This document shows positions 27,803 through 37,251 of a stretch of DNA of 64,000 bases, piece after piece. Position 1 is the stretch's first letter, and each line of letters begins with the position of its first letter. The position numbers were made by a program, and so were the translations under genes. Under the pieces are notes generated by a model, which saw only the letters and a program-made list of their open reading frames with translations, did no database searches and was not told the origin of the DNA. Source of the stretch: Acidimicrobiia bacterium (GTDB taxonomy: Bacteria; Actinomycetota; Acidimicrobiia; Spongiisociales; UBA11373); the NCBI GenBank assembly GCA_030584185.1, contig CP129495.1, positions 1,079,628 to 1,143,627 on the forward strand. Reading direction: 5' to 3'.

Positions 27803-29137
27803 TCAGAGCAGACCTGCCGCCAGCTCGGCCAGCGGGCTGCGCACGGTCCGCTCCAGGGTCACGTGGCCGAACAGCCGGTTGCCCTTCATCTTCTCGATCA
27901 GCGCCGCCGCCCCGCCGAACGGTGAGACGTACGGGTTGTCCACCTGGCTGAAGTCCCCGCAGAACACCACCTTGGCGTCTGGGCCGATCCGGGTCAGGAT
28001 CACCTTGAGCGTCGACAGCTCCAGGTTCTGCGCCTCGTCGACGATCACGAACTCTCCGGTGATCGACCGGCCCCGCAGATAGGTGATCGCCGCCAGCTCG
28101 AGGGCGTCGCGCTCCATCAGCTCCTCGAGGGCCCCTCGAGCCGCCGCCGGGCCGCCCTCGGCGAACAGGGCGTAAAGGTTGTCGTGCACCGCCGCCATCC
28201 ACGGGGCGAGCTTCTCGTCGAGGTCCCCCGGCAGGTAGCCCACCTCCTGACGGCCCACCGCGATCAGGGGTCGATACACCGACACCTTTCGGTAACGGCC
28301 GGCCTCCAGGACCTGCTCCAGCCCGGCCGCCAGAGCGAGGAAGGTCTTTCCCGTTCCCGGCGGGCCCATCACCGATACCGCCGGGATCTCCGGATCCAGG
28401 AGCAGGTCGAGGGCGAAGGCCTGGCGCAAGTTCTTCGATTCGACCCCGAAGACGCGGCGGCTGCCCGGAACCCGCACCACCACCGTCTCCGGCTCCAGAT
28501 CCACCACCTGTCCCACCGCCGTCTGCGATGCCGAGGCGCGCAACACGACGAACTGGTTGATCAACAACCCGGACACTCCCGGCAGCACCACCTTGCCATC
28601 GATGTAGATCCGATCGACGGTGGCGGCCTCGACGTCCACCTCGGCGACGCCGGAGTAGGACTCGTCGACGGCGACCGTGTCGGCGCGATAGTCCTGGACG
28701 GCGACCCCGAGCTGCGCCGCCTTGATACGAAGCGAGGCATCCCTGGTGACCAGCACCGTCTCCCTCGACTCCATCCGATCGGCCAGCTCCAGGCAGGTGG
28801 AGAGGATCCGGTGGTCGGGGGTGGCCGGGTCGAGCACCTCGGGGAGGCGCCTCGAGTGGATCCCGTTGATCTCGATGCGCAGCGTGCCGCCGGAAGGCAG
28901 AGGTGTCGCCTGCGAAAGGCCTCCGGGCCGGGACGCCCCGTGCTCTTCGAGGAGGCGAATGGCGCGACGGGCGTTGGCGCCCACCTCGTCCATCAGGGTC
29001 TTCTTGCGATCCAGCTCCTCGATCACCGCCAGGGGCAATACCAGGTCGTGCTCATCGAAGCGGAACAGTGCCCCCGGATCGGCGAGGAGCACACAGGTGT
29101 CGAGAACGAAGGTCCGTCTGTCGGGGCCCGCCGCCAC
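27803..29137 (-). CDS. phoH2: PhoH-like ATPase with N-terminal PIN domain (PhoH2/YlaK)
   Basis: PIN acidic residues (FVLDTCVLLADP, AVIEELD, VLVTRD) followed by PhoH P-loop VMGPPGTGKTFLALAAGL. Confidence 0.85.
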   Translation of the reverse strand: MAAGPDRRTFVLDTCVLLADPGALFRFDEHDLVLPLAVIEELDRKKTLMDEVGANARRAIRLLEEHGASRPGGLSQATPLPSGGTLRIEINGIHSRRLPEVLDPATPDHRILSTCLELADRMESRETVLVTRDASLRIKAAQLGVAVQDYRADTVAVDESYSGVAEVDVEAATVDRIYIDGKVVLPGVSGLLINQFVVLRASASQTAVGQVVDLEPETVVVRVPGSRRVFGVESKNLRQAFALDLLLDPEIPAVSVMGPPGTGKTFLALAAGLEQVLEAGRYRKVSVYRPLIAVGRQEVGYLPGDLDEKLAPWMAAVHDNLYALFAEGGPAAARGALEELMERDALELAAITYLRGRSITGEFVIVDEAQNLELSTLKVILTRIGPDAKVVFCGDFSQVDNPYVSPFGGAAALIEKMKGNRLFGHVTLERTVRSPLAELAAGLL

Positions 29138-29180
29138 GGGCCCAATCTTGCCGGTGACGGGCCCGAGGTCAAGGATCCCC

Positions 29181-30224
29181 GTGGCGGGACCCCGGAAGCG
29201 GCGTTACGGTTCCCCGGTGCGTGTCGCCGTGATCGGAGCCGGATCCTGGGGAACTGCGGTTGCAGAGATGTGCGGCCGCGCCGCCCCCACCAGCCTGTGG
29301 GCGCGCCGCCCGGATCTGGCCAGGGCGATCGAAACGGAGCGATGCAACGACGCCTACCTCCCCGACGTGGCGCTCCCCGACTCGGTGCGAGCCACCTCCG
29401 ATCTGGGGAAAGCCCTGGACGGTGTCGAACTGGTGGTGATGGCGGTGCCATCCCACGGCTTCCGTCCGGTGCTCCAGGAGGCGGCGCCGCTGGTGCCACC
29501 GGGCACGCCGATCCTCAGCCTCACCAAGGGGATCGAGCAAGGCACGCTGCTGCGCATGACCGAGATCGTGGAGCAGGTACTGCCCCAAGCCGACCCCGCC
29601 AAGGTCGGCGTCCTCACCGGCCCCAACCTCGCCGCCGAGGTCGCCGCCGGGCAGCCCACCGCTGCGGTGGTCGCCGTCAGGGATCCGGCCACCGCCGCAG
29701 AACTGCAGGGCCTCCTGATGACTCCCACCTTCCGGGTGTACACCAACCCCGATGTCGTCGGCTGTGAGGCGGCGGGTGCCCTGAAGAACGTGATGGCCAT
29801 CGCCGCCGGCATGGCCCACGGACTGGGCTACGGCGACAACTCCAAGGCGGCACTGGTGACCAGGGCCCTGGCCGAGCTCACCCGCCTCGGGATCGTGCTC
29901 GGCGGCAACCCGCTCACCTTCGCCGGTCTCGCCGGGATGGGCGACCTCATCGCCACCTGTTTCTCGGAGAAGAGCCGCAACCGGCGGGTAGGGGTGGCGC
30001 TCGGCGAGGGACGGTCCCTCGACGAGATCGTCGGCGAGATGCGCATGGTCGCCGAAGGCGTGAAGACCACCGAGGCGGTGCTGGCCCTGGCCGATCGGCA
30101 CGGCCTCGACATGCCCATCGCCCGCATGGTCGGGGCGGTCCTCTACGAGGGACGCTCCCCGGCCGACCTGGTGGAAGGTCTGATGACCCGGGAGGCGAAG
30201 GCGGAGCTGCACGGGATCGGCTGA
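29181..30224 (+). CDS. gpsA: NAD(P)H-dependent glycerol-3-phosphate dehydrogenase
   Basis: VAVIGAGSWGTAVAEM NAD-binding, GLKNVMAIAAG, typical GpsA length; GTG 29181 (AAGGA RBS) or GTG 29217 as start. Confidence 0.85.
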   Translation: MAGPRKRRYGSPVRVAVIGAGSWGTAVAEMCGRAAPTSLWARRPDLARAIETERCNDAYLPDVALPDSVRATSDLGKALDGVELVVMAVPSHGFRPVLQEAAPLVPPGTPILSLTKGIEQGTLLRMTEIVEQVLPQADPAKVGVLTGPNLAAEVAAGQPTAAVVAVRDPATAAELQGLLMTPTFRVYTNPDVVGCEAAGALKNVMAIAAGMAHGLGYGDNSKAALVTRALAELTRLGIVLGGNPLTFAGLAGMGDLIATCFSEKSRNRRVGVALGEGRSLDEIVGEMRMVAEGVKTTEAVLALADRHGLDMPIARMVGAVLYEGRSPADLVEGLMTREAKAELHGIG

Positions 30225-30269
30225 CCGGGGCGCATACTCCCGATGCCGCCCTAGCCTGGCCCGGGCAGC

Positions 30270-31676
30270 ATGAAGCATCGCCCCCCGATCGTCAGGGCAG
30301 TCGCCCTCGTCGCCGCCATTGCGGTCGCCGCGGCACTTCCCGATGCGCCGGCAGCCGATGCCGGCGAAGGGGCGCTCTTCCACCTAGGGGACCGCGGTGC
30401 CGGTGTCATCGACCTCCAGGCCCGGCTCCTCGATGCCGGCTTCGACCCCGGGCCGAGGGACGGCGTCTTCGGGCCCAAGACCAGGCAGGCGGTCTCCTCC
30501 TTCCAGACCAGCCGGTCACTCCCGGCGACCGGCGAGGTCGACCAGGCCACCTGGGATGCATTGGCCGCATCCCCTTCGGCTCCGAGCCTGGCGCCCGGCG
30601 ACCGGGGTACCACCGTCGCCGACCTGCAACGGCGCCTGGCGGCGGCAGGTCATGATCCCGGTCCGATCGACGGCATCTATGGAGGCAAGACCGAGGCTGC
30701 CGTCCGGTCCTTCCAGACGGAGTCCGGCCTGGCGGCGACCGGTCGGGTCGACGCTGCGACCTGGGACGCCCTCGGCGCCGGGTTCGACTCGCTCGAGCCG
30801 GGGGACACCGGAGCCCGGGTCTCGGAGGCACAGCGCATGCTCGCCGCCGCCGGTCACGATCCGGGCCCGATCGACGGCAAGTTCGGCCTTCGCACCGCGG
30901 CGGCGGTGCGGTCCTTCCAGAGTGTCGCCGGATTGACCGCGACCGGATCGGTGGACTCGGCGACCTGGACGGCGCTGGTCGCTGCCGGGGAGGGGTCGGA
31001 AACCGTCGTGCTGCGCCGGGGCGACCGCGGGGAGGCGGTACGCGACCTGCAGACGAGGCTCGCCTATGTCGGGATCAGCCCCGGAACCATCGACGGCGTG
31101 TTCGGCAGCCGCACCGAGGCAGCGGTCGCCCGGTTCCAGAAGACGTTCCGGCTGCCCGGGGAAGGCGTCGTCCACGAAGGCACCCTGACCCGTCTCGCCG
31201 AGCACGAAGGCAACGTGGCGCGCGGATACGCAGCCGGATACCAGCCCGGCGCCGGCGCCGAACAATGGCGCCCGCTGGTGACCGAGGTGTTCGCCCGCTG
31301 GGGCCTCGACGAGACGGTGTGCGCCGACCCGGCTCGTGCCGAGACCTGCGTGCCCTCACAGGTCGATGCCGCCATCCAGATCATGGCCTGCGAGAGCCAC
31401 GGGATCCCGTTCTCGGTGAACGTGACCTCCGGGGTGACCGGATTGTTCCAGCATCGCCTGCAGTACTGGCAGGCCCGCGTGGAGCGGGTGCGCCAGCAGT
31501 TCCCGGAGTTTCCCGTCGACGCCTCCCCGTTCGAGCCGGAACACGACGCGATGGTGGCGGCGCTGCTCGTCTGGGAGTCGCGCGGCGCCCTGCTGCGCAA
31601 CCTCGCAGACGGCCGGCCGATGAGCGACGGTCCCAGCCCGTGGAGCCACTGGAGCTGCCGGCGCGTGCTGGGCTGA
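30270..31676 (+). CDS. secreted protein with four peptidoglycan-binding (PG_binding_1) domains and C-terminal lysozyme-like/transglycosylase-like domain
   Basis: signal peptide MKHRPPIVRAVALVAAIAVAAALPDAPAADA; four repeats GDRG..V.DLQ.RL...G.DPGP.DG.FG..T..AV..FQ; C-term IMACESHG...SGVTGLFQHRLQYW resembles SLT/Rpf-type catalytic core (E-S ... GLxQ). Confidence 0.7.
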   Translation: MKHRPPIVRAVALVAAIAVAAALPDAPAADAGEGALFHLGDRGAGVIDLQARLLDAGFDPGPRDGVFGPKTRQAVSSFQTSRSLPATGEVDQATWDALAASPSAPSLAPGDRGTTVADLQRRLAAAGHDPGPIDGIYGGKTEAAVRSFQTESGLAATGRVDAATWDALGAGFDSLEPGDTGARVSEAQRMLAAAGHDPGPIDGKFGLRTAAAVRSFQSVAGLTATGSVDSATWTALVAAGEGSETVVLRRGDRGEAVRDLQTRLAYVGISPGTIDGVFGSRTEAAVARFQKTFRLPGEGVVHEGTLTRLAEHEGNVARGYAAGYQPGAGAEQWRPLVTEVFARWGLDETVCADPARAETCVPSQVDAAIQIMACESHGIPFSVNVTSGVTGLFQHRLQYWQARVERVRQQFPEFPVDASPFEPEHDAMVAALLVWESRGALLRNLADGRPMSDGPSPWSHWSCRRVLG

Positions 31677-31679
31677 GGG

Positions 31680-32720
31680 TCAGTCCAGCGACTCCAGGGC
31701 GCCCTCCGCCAGCGGCCCCACGAGGTCGCCGAGAACCGCGAAGCGTTCGTCGCGGGTCTGGCCGCGGACCCACCGGATGTGGATCTGCTGGAGGATGACG
31801 GCGATGCGGAAACTCCCCAAGGCGCGATACCAGTCGAGTTCGCCGAGGTCGAGACCGGTCCTGACTGCGTAGCGCCGGGCCGCCTCCTCGGCGGGCATCA
31901 CCACCCCCGGGGCGGTGGCGTCGGAGGTGACCATCCGAGTCTTCGACCCGGTCCCGCCCCAGTAGCTGAGGGCCGTGCCCAGGTCGACGAGGGGATCCCC
32001 CAGGGTGGCCATGTCCCAGTCGAACACCGCCACCACGTCGCCGCCCGAACCGATCATGGTGTTGTCCAGCTTGAAGTCGTTGTGCAGCAACACGGCGCGC
32101 TGCGGAGCAGGCACCCGTGACAGCAGCCGCTCACCCAACGCATCCATCGCCGGCACCTCGTGGTGTTGCGCTCGAATCCAACGCTCGGTCCAACCCTCCA
32201 CCTGACGGGTGGTGAAGCCCTCGGGCCGCCCCAGGTCGCCGAGGCCGAGGACGACATGGTCGACGAGATGGAGGTCGGCGAGAGTGTCGACCAGGTTTCC
32301 GGCGACCGTCCTGCGGCCGGCTTCGGTGCCGTCCACGGAGGGTGGCCACTCCTCCCGTATCACCTCGCCCCGCCGGCGTTCCATGACGAAGAACGGCTTG
32401 CCCATCACCTCGGGGTCGCCGCAGAAGTGCAGGGCCTCTGGTGCCTGTGGGAAGACGGAGTGGAGGACCGAGAGCACCCGGTACTCGCGTGCCATGTCGT
32501 GGGACCTGGGGGCGACCTCCCCTAGCGGCGGGCGGCGCAGCACCAGTTCCACGTCGCCTGCCCGTGCCAGATAGGTCAGGTTGGCCTTGCCGCCGGGAAA
32601 CTGCTCGAAGACGATCGACGAGTCTCCCAGCAGGTCAGGCAGGTTGCGGCGGAGGTGGTCCGCCACCCGCTCCTCGTCGAACCGCTCGTCGGGTCGAATC
32701 GGAGCAGTGTCGCTGCTCAC
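31680..32720 (-). CDS. phosphotransferase-family protein (APH/choline-kinase-like fold)
   Basis: GTG start overlapping lgt stop; Brenner motif LLHNDFKLDNTMI and DWDMATLGDP; N-term FPGGKANLTYL nucleotide loop. Confidence 0.75.
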   Translation of the reverse strand: MSSDTAPIRPDERFDEERVADHLRRNLPDLLGDSSIVFEQFPGGKANLTYLARAGDVELVLRRPPLGEVAPRSHDMAREYRVLSVLHSVFPQAPEALHFCGDPEVMGKPFFVMERRRGEVIREEWPPSVDGTEAGRRTVAGNLVDTLADLHLVDHVVLGLGDLGRPEGFTTRQVEGWTERWIRAQHHEVPAMDALGERLLSRVPAPQRAVLLHNDFKLDNTMIGSGGDVVAVFDWDMATLGDPLVDLGTALSYWGGTGSKTRMVTSDATAPGVVMPAEEAARRYAVRTGLDLGELDWYRALGSFRIAVILQQIHIRWVRGQTRDERFAVLGDLVGPLAEGALESLD

Positions 32721-33595
32721 TCGGCCGCAGGCACCGCCCCTCGGGCGGCGTCCTCCTCGGGCGACACGATCGGCGTGCGGCGGCCCACGACCAGCCAGGC
32801 GACCAGGCCGAGGGCCAGCAGCGATGCCGTCAGCCCGGTCCACTGATTCCAGGTGAACGGGCCGGCGGTGGCATCGGCCCCGGGAAGGTCGGTGTTGCGC
32901 ACGAAGTCGATGAGGAACCGCTGCATCCCGTACCAGGCGGCCCACACCAGGATCAGAACGCCGTAGCGGATGCGCGACCAGTTACGGGCCAGCAGGTAGA
33001 GGAGTCCGAGCAGCAGGGCGGCACCGAAGAGGTCGTAGAGGGCGGCGTGGTGGTACGGGCCGCAGTCGCCTGCGGTCTCGCACAGCACCTCCAGGCCGTC
33101 GTGCTGTGGTGCCAGGTCGTAACCCGGCTTCACCAGGTATCCGAGGAAGAAATCGGTGCGGGCACCGAGGTGCTCGACTATGAACAGGTCGCCGATCCGC
33201 CCGATCACGGTGCCGATGGCCAGCCCGAAGGAGGCCATGTCCATGTGGGCGGCGACGTCGATGCCCAGCCGCCGCATCCGCCAGGCCCCGACCAGGATCC
33301 CGCCGGCGAACCCGCCCATGATGGAGAAGGTGCCAAAGGGACGCAGCGCCTCCACCAGCCCTTCGTCGAGATGGGCCGGAACCGTGAAGTAACGCGCCCC
33401 GACGAGCGAACCCACCAGCGCCCAAGTGAGCACCGAGGTGATCTTCTCCTCGTCGAAGCCCCGGCGGCGGGCCTCCCTGATCATCAGCATCGCCCCCACC
33501 AGGAATCCCACTCCGGCCATGACCCCGTGCAGCGAGAGGCGGATCGGGCCGATCTCGAAGATCGGAATCGGCGGGTAGGAGACGGAGGCCAACAT
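32717..33595 (-). CDS. lgt: prolipoprotein diacylglyceryl transferase
   Basis: 293 aa from MLASVSYPPIPIFEIGPIRLSLHGVMAGVGFLVG (Lgt signature N-terminus), multiple TM helices. Confidence 0.85.
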   Translation of the reverse strand: MLASVSYPPIPIFEIGPIRLSLHGVMAGVGFLVGAMLMIREARRRGFDEEKITSVLTWALVGSLVGARYFTVPAHLDEGLVEALRPFGTFSIMGGFAGGILVGAWRMRRLGIDVAAHMDMASFGLAIGTVIGRIGDLFIVEHLGARTDFFLGYLVKPGYDLAPQHDGLEVLCETAGDCGPYHHAALYDLFGAALLLGLLYLLARNWSRIRYGVLILVWAAWYGMQRFLIDFVRNTDLPGADATAGPFTWNQWTGLTASLLALGLVAWLVVGRRTPIVSPEEDAARGAVPAAE

Positions 33596-33788
33596 CGGGC
33601 CGAACCGTAACAGCGCCGATGGGCCTACAAAGCGGCCCAGGCGGCCACCACCAGGGCGATGGCGCCGAACACCGTCGTCGCCAGGTACACCACGTCCATA
33701 CCCTTGGGCCGGGGCCGGGCGGCGAGCGCAGCCCCGACCAGTGGAGCCAGGGTGAGGACCGAGGCGATCGCCAGCGTTCCCCGATCGG

Positions 33789-34649
33789 TCATGCTGCCCT
33801 GAGCACGTCGAGAGCGATGCTGCCGAACAGCAGCGCCAGGTACAGGTTGGAGTAGCGGAAGGCGCCAAGGGCACGGTCGGGACGGCCTCGAAGGCGCCAG
33901 GCCGCCGCCACCAGGCCGGACCCGAGAACGATCGCGGCCACCGGGTAGATCGGTCCCAGCCCCGCCACGGGAGCGAGCAACAGGCTGACACCGACCACCG
34001 TGATCGAGTAGAGGACGATCTGCGTGACCACCGCTTCCTGACCGGCGACCGCCGGCAGCATCGGCACGCCGGCGGCGGCGTAGTCCTCCCGGAACCGGAT
34101 CGCCAACGCCCAGAAGTGGGGCGGGGTCCAGAAGAACACGATGCCGAACAGTATCCACGCCTCGACCGCCGTGGTCCCGGAGACGGCGGACCACCCGATC
34201 AACGCCGGTGCCGCCCCTGCGGCGCCCCCGATCACGATGTTCTGCGGCGTAGAGCGCTTCAGCCCGAGCGTGTACACCAGCACGTAGAAGAGGAGCGCTC
34301 CGGCGGCGAGGGCGCCGGCGAGCGGCGTGGTCGCCACCGCCAGCAGGCCGACGCCGGCCACGCCGAGCACCAGCCCGAGAAGCAGAGCCTCGGAGGAGGA
34401 GATCCGCTGGCTGGGAAGCGGTCGCTTGCGCGTGCGCGCCATCCGGGCGTCGATGTCGCGATCGATCACGTTGTTCAGCGCGTTGGCCCCACCGGCGGTG
34501 AGGAACCCTCCGGCCAGCGTCGCCGACACCAGGCCGTTGCCCGGCCACCCACCCGCCGCCATCACCATTGCCGGAAGTGTCGTGATGAGCAGCAACTCGA
34601 TGATGCGGGGCTTCACCAGCGCCGACCAGGCGGCGAGACGGCCGCTCAC
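33789..34649 (-). CDS. ctaB: protoheme IX farnesyltransferase (heme O synthase)
   Basis: GTG start (GGAG RBS); UbiA-family motifs LVKPRIIELLLITTLPAM, NALNNVIDRDIDARMARTRKRPLP, WTPPHFWALA. Confidence 0.85.
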   Translation of the reverse strand: MSGRLAAWSALVKPRIIELLLITTLPAMVMAAGGWPGNGLVSATLAGGFLTAGGANALNNVIDRDIDARMARTRKRPLPSQRISSSEALLLGLVLGVAGVGLLAVATTPLAGALAAGALLFYVLVYTLGLKRSTPQNIVIGGAAGAAPALIGWSAVSGTTAVEAWILFGIVFFWTPPHFWALAIRFREDYAAAGVPMLPAVAGQEAVVTQIVLYSITVVGVSLLLAPVAGLGPIYPVAAIVLGSGLVAAAWRLRGRPDRALGAFRYSNLYLALLFGSIALDVLRAA

Positions 34650-34730
34650 GAGGCGACTCCGGCGCGTCTCAGGTTCCCGACATTGAGCAGGTCGGGGAGT
34701 ACGATCACCCGCAGAAGGGAGTCGAAGACC

Positions 34731-34811
34731 ATGAAGAAGATCCTGCTCCTCCTCATCGTGGTCGCGGTTGGCCTGCTGATCGCCAAGCAGTTCACCAGCC
34801 ACGAGCACTGA
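34731..34811 (+). CDS. 26-aa single-TM small peptide (candidate small membrane protein)
   Basis: AGGGAG RBS 8 nt upstream of ATG; MKKILLLLIVVAVGLLIAKQFTSHEH; GC3-rich codon usage consistent with host coding bias; divergent from ctaB. Confidence 0.3.
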   Translation: MKKILLLLIVVAVGLLIAKQFTSHEH

Positions 34812-34869
34812 GCCGAAACCCTGTCGGCGGCCTCCCACCATCGGGAGGCCGCACGCATCTCGACGCCGA

Positions 34870-35781
34870 TCACCCGGAGACGAACCCGGCGATGGCCTTG
34901 GCGATCTCCTCGTGATGGGTGAGCACCGCCTCGTGACGCCCCCCGACCACCTCGTACACCTGTGCGTCCGCGATGGCGGCGGCGGTGGCGTACTGCCTCG
35001 CCGGAAGCACCAACTGATCCTCGGTCGGGATGACGCACAGCGTCGGTATCCGAATCCGTGACACCCGGTCGCGGGCGTCGAAGCGGAGGATGGCGAATCC
35101 GGCCTCGTAGTAGAGGTCCGGATCGCGTTCCATCAGCGACTGCCACAGCCAGGCGGAGTGCTCGGGAGGGATCACCCCGGCGAGCATCATGTACCGATGG
35201 GCGAGGCGCGGCAGGAGAGTGCGGTCGATGCGGCCCAGTGCCCTGCCTGCCACCAGGAGCGGCACCCCCACCGAGCGGGGTACGAACGAAGGGTGTGCGG
35301 CGGTCGCTCCGAGCACCAGCCGGGTGACCCTGCCCGGATGTCGCAGCACGAGCTCCTGAGCCACCATTCCCCCCAGCGAGTACCCGACGACAGGGACGGC
35401 GTCCAGTCCGAGCACGTCGAACACCCTGGCCACGTCGTCGGCGACGTCGGCCACCTCGAAACGACTGCGGATCCGGTCGCTGCGGCCGTGGTTGCGCAGG
35501 TCGATGGCGACCACCCGATGGCTGGTGTCTAGACCGGAGCGAATCCGATGCCAGGTGGCGTGGCTGTCGTACAGCCACCCGTGCAGCAGGACCAGCACAG
35601 GGCCGTCGGCCGGTCCCGACTCGCGCACGAAGAACTCGTGGCGACCGGCGAGCACGGTGCGTCCCGTGGGGCCCGAAGGCCGCTCCTGCGGCCCGGAGGC
35701 CGCCGGAGAGCTCTCCTTGCCGAAAAGGCGCCACAGCACCCATCCCACGAGCGCAGTCAGGACGAGGTTTCGCCGCTTCAC
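34870..35781 (-). CDS. alpha/beta-fold hydrolase
   Basis: nucleophile elbow GYSLGG, HGW oxyanion region (VLVLLHGWLYDSHATW), N-terminal TM anchor. Confidence 0.8.
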   Translation of the reverse strand: MKRRNLVLTALVGWVLWRLFGKESSPAASGPQERPSGPTGRTVLAGRHEFFVRESGPADGPVLVLLHGWLYDSHATWHRIRSGLDTSHRVVAIDLRNHGRSDRIRSRFEVADVADDVARVFDVLGLDAVPVVGYSLGGMVAQELVLRHPGRVTRLVLGATAAHPSFVPRSVGVPLLVAGRALGRIDRTLLPRLAHRYMMLAGVIPPEHSAWLWQSLMERDPDLYYEAGFAILRFDARDRVSRIRIPTLCVIPTEDQLVLPARQYATAAAIADAQVYEVVGGRHEAVLTHHEEIAKAIAGFVSG

Positions 35782-35791
35782 GACACCGAGC

Positions 35792-36223
35792 CTAGGTGTC
35801 GCCGGAATGCAAATCGTCTACGGCGAAGGCGTGTTCGGTCACGACCCGGCCCTCGATGACGTGCTCCCGCACGATCCGCTCCATCACCTCGGGGGTGACC
35901 CGTCGATACCAGACGCCCTCGGGGTACACGACGGCGATCGGCCCATCCTCGCAGATGCGCAGACAGTCGACCTTGGTCCGCAACATGATCCCGTCTCCTG
36001 GCTCACGCACTGGGTCGGCTGTGGGATCGTCCCGCCATGGGGGCGGCGGCGACGCCAGGCCCAGCTCCTTGCTCAGCCGCTTGAGGTGGATCCAGGTCTC
36101 ACGGCTCTCGGGGACGGAAGAACAGCGGGGCACCGTCTGGTCGGCGCAGAGGAACACGTGACGGCGGAGGCGGCCTATGGAGAGGGCGTCGGCGATCGCG
36201 GGGAGCCGGTCGGTGTCGGTCAC
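35792..36223 (-). CDS. thioredoxin-like [2Fe-2S] ferredoxin family protein
   Basis: Cys pattern FLCADQTVPRC ... VDCLRIC typical of thioredoxin-like 2Fe-2S ferredoxins; 4-nt overlap with selD stop. Confidence 0.6.
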   Translation of the reverse strand: MTDTDRLPAIADALSIGRLRRHVFLCADQTVPRCSSVPESRETWIHLKRLSKELGLASPPPPWRDDPTADPVREPGDGIMLRTKVDCLRICEDGPIAVVYPEGVWYRRVTPEVMERIVREHVIEGRVVTEHAFAVDDLHSGDT

Positions 36224-37251
36224 GTCACCACCACGGTACCGGGATGCTCCTCTGTGAACTGCCCGATGACGGCCACGAACACGGCCTCCCGGGTGAGCCC
36301 GGCGAGCAACGGGATCGCCGCGGCCTCGGCGACGGCAATGAGGAGCCCGCCGCTGGTCTGGGCGTCGGCGAGAAGGATGCGGCCCGCCTCGTCGACATCG
36401 CCGAACTCCGTGAACCCCGAAGCGTGCTCCAGGTTGCGGCGCGTGCCGCCCGGCACGACGCCCTCGGCAGCGAAACGGAGCGCCCCGGGAAGGATCGGCA
36501 CCGCCGCCGCATCGAGCCGAACCCCGACGCCGTCGAGCATCTCACCCAGATGTCCAAGGAGCCCGAACCCGGTGACGTCGGTGGCCGCCGACGCCCCGGC
36601 GGCGACTGCGGCACGGCCGGCGCGATCGTTGAGCGCCACCATGGAGGCCACGGCCGCCGCCCGCTCCGCAGGCCCGGCAAGCCCCCGCTTGATCGCGGTG
36701 GAGATCACACCGGTGCCGATCGCCTTGGTCAGGAGCAGCAGGTCGCCTGCCCGAGCCCCACGGTTCCTCAGGATGCGATCCGGATGCACCAGCCCGGTCA
36801 CCGCCAGACCGAACTTGGGCTCCGGGTCGTCGATGGTGTGACCCCCGACGATCGTCACCCCGGCGGCGGCGAGGACCTCGGCCGCCCCGGCGAGGACCTC
36901 CCCCAACAGTTCGAGCGGGAGCGCCTCACGAGGCCACCCCACGATCTGCAGCGCCGTGATCGGGCGCCCGCCCATGGCATAGACGTCGGACAGGGCGTTG
37001 GCGGCGACGATCCGACCCCAGTCGTCGGGCTCGTCGACGATCGGTGTGAAGAAGTCGACGGTCTGGACCAGGGCGGCGTCGTCTGAGACCCGGAACACAC
37101 CGGCGTCGTCCGACCCCTCGATCCCGACCAGCAGGTCGGGATGATGGACCGCATCCAGGTTCTCCAGACGGCGCAGGACCTGCGCCAACTCACCGGGGGC
37201 GAGCTTGCAGGCTCAGCCGGCCCCGTGCGAGTACGACGTCAAGCGCTCCAC
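36220..37251 (-). CDS. selD: selenide, water dikinase (selenophosphate synthetase), selenocysteine-containing form
   Basis: ORF track truncates at TTG 37188; in-frame upstream extension gives GTG 37251 (AGGAGG 5 nt upstream) M-ERLTSYSHGAG-[TGA 37213..37215]-ACKLAPGELAQVL, matching SelD N-terminal SHGAG(C/U)GCK active-site motif; rest of protein has SelD/AIR-synthase-related fold (DAGVF..., GGHTIDD). Confidence 0.8.
37165..37212 (-). promoter_or_regulatory. candidate SECIS element downstream of selD UGA
   Basis: hairpin GGCGCAG-GUC-CUGCGCC (7-bp stem) beginning ~28 nt 3' of UGA codon within coding sequence. Confidence 0.4.

Noticed and set aside
28184-29767. 527-aa plus-strand ORF and 29169-30383 minus ORF
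   Set aside because: Antisense to phoH2 and gpsA respectively.
33625-34548. 307-aa minus ORF
   Set aside because: Overlaps ctaB in another frame; Arg-rich; ctaB has clear UbiA motifs.
36855-37193. 112-aa minus ORF upstream of selD
   Set aside because: Off-frame artefact. The true selD N-terminus continues in the selD frame through a TGA (Sec) codon.
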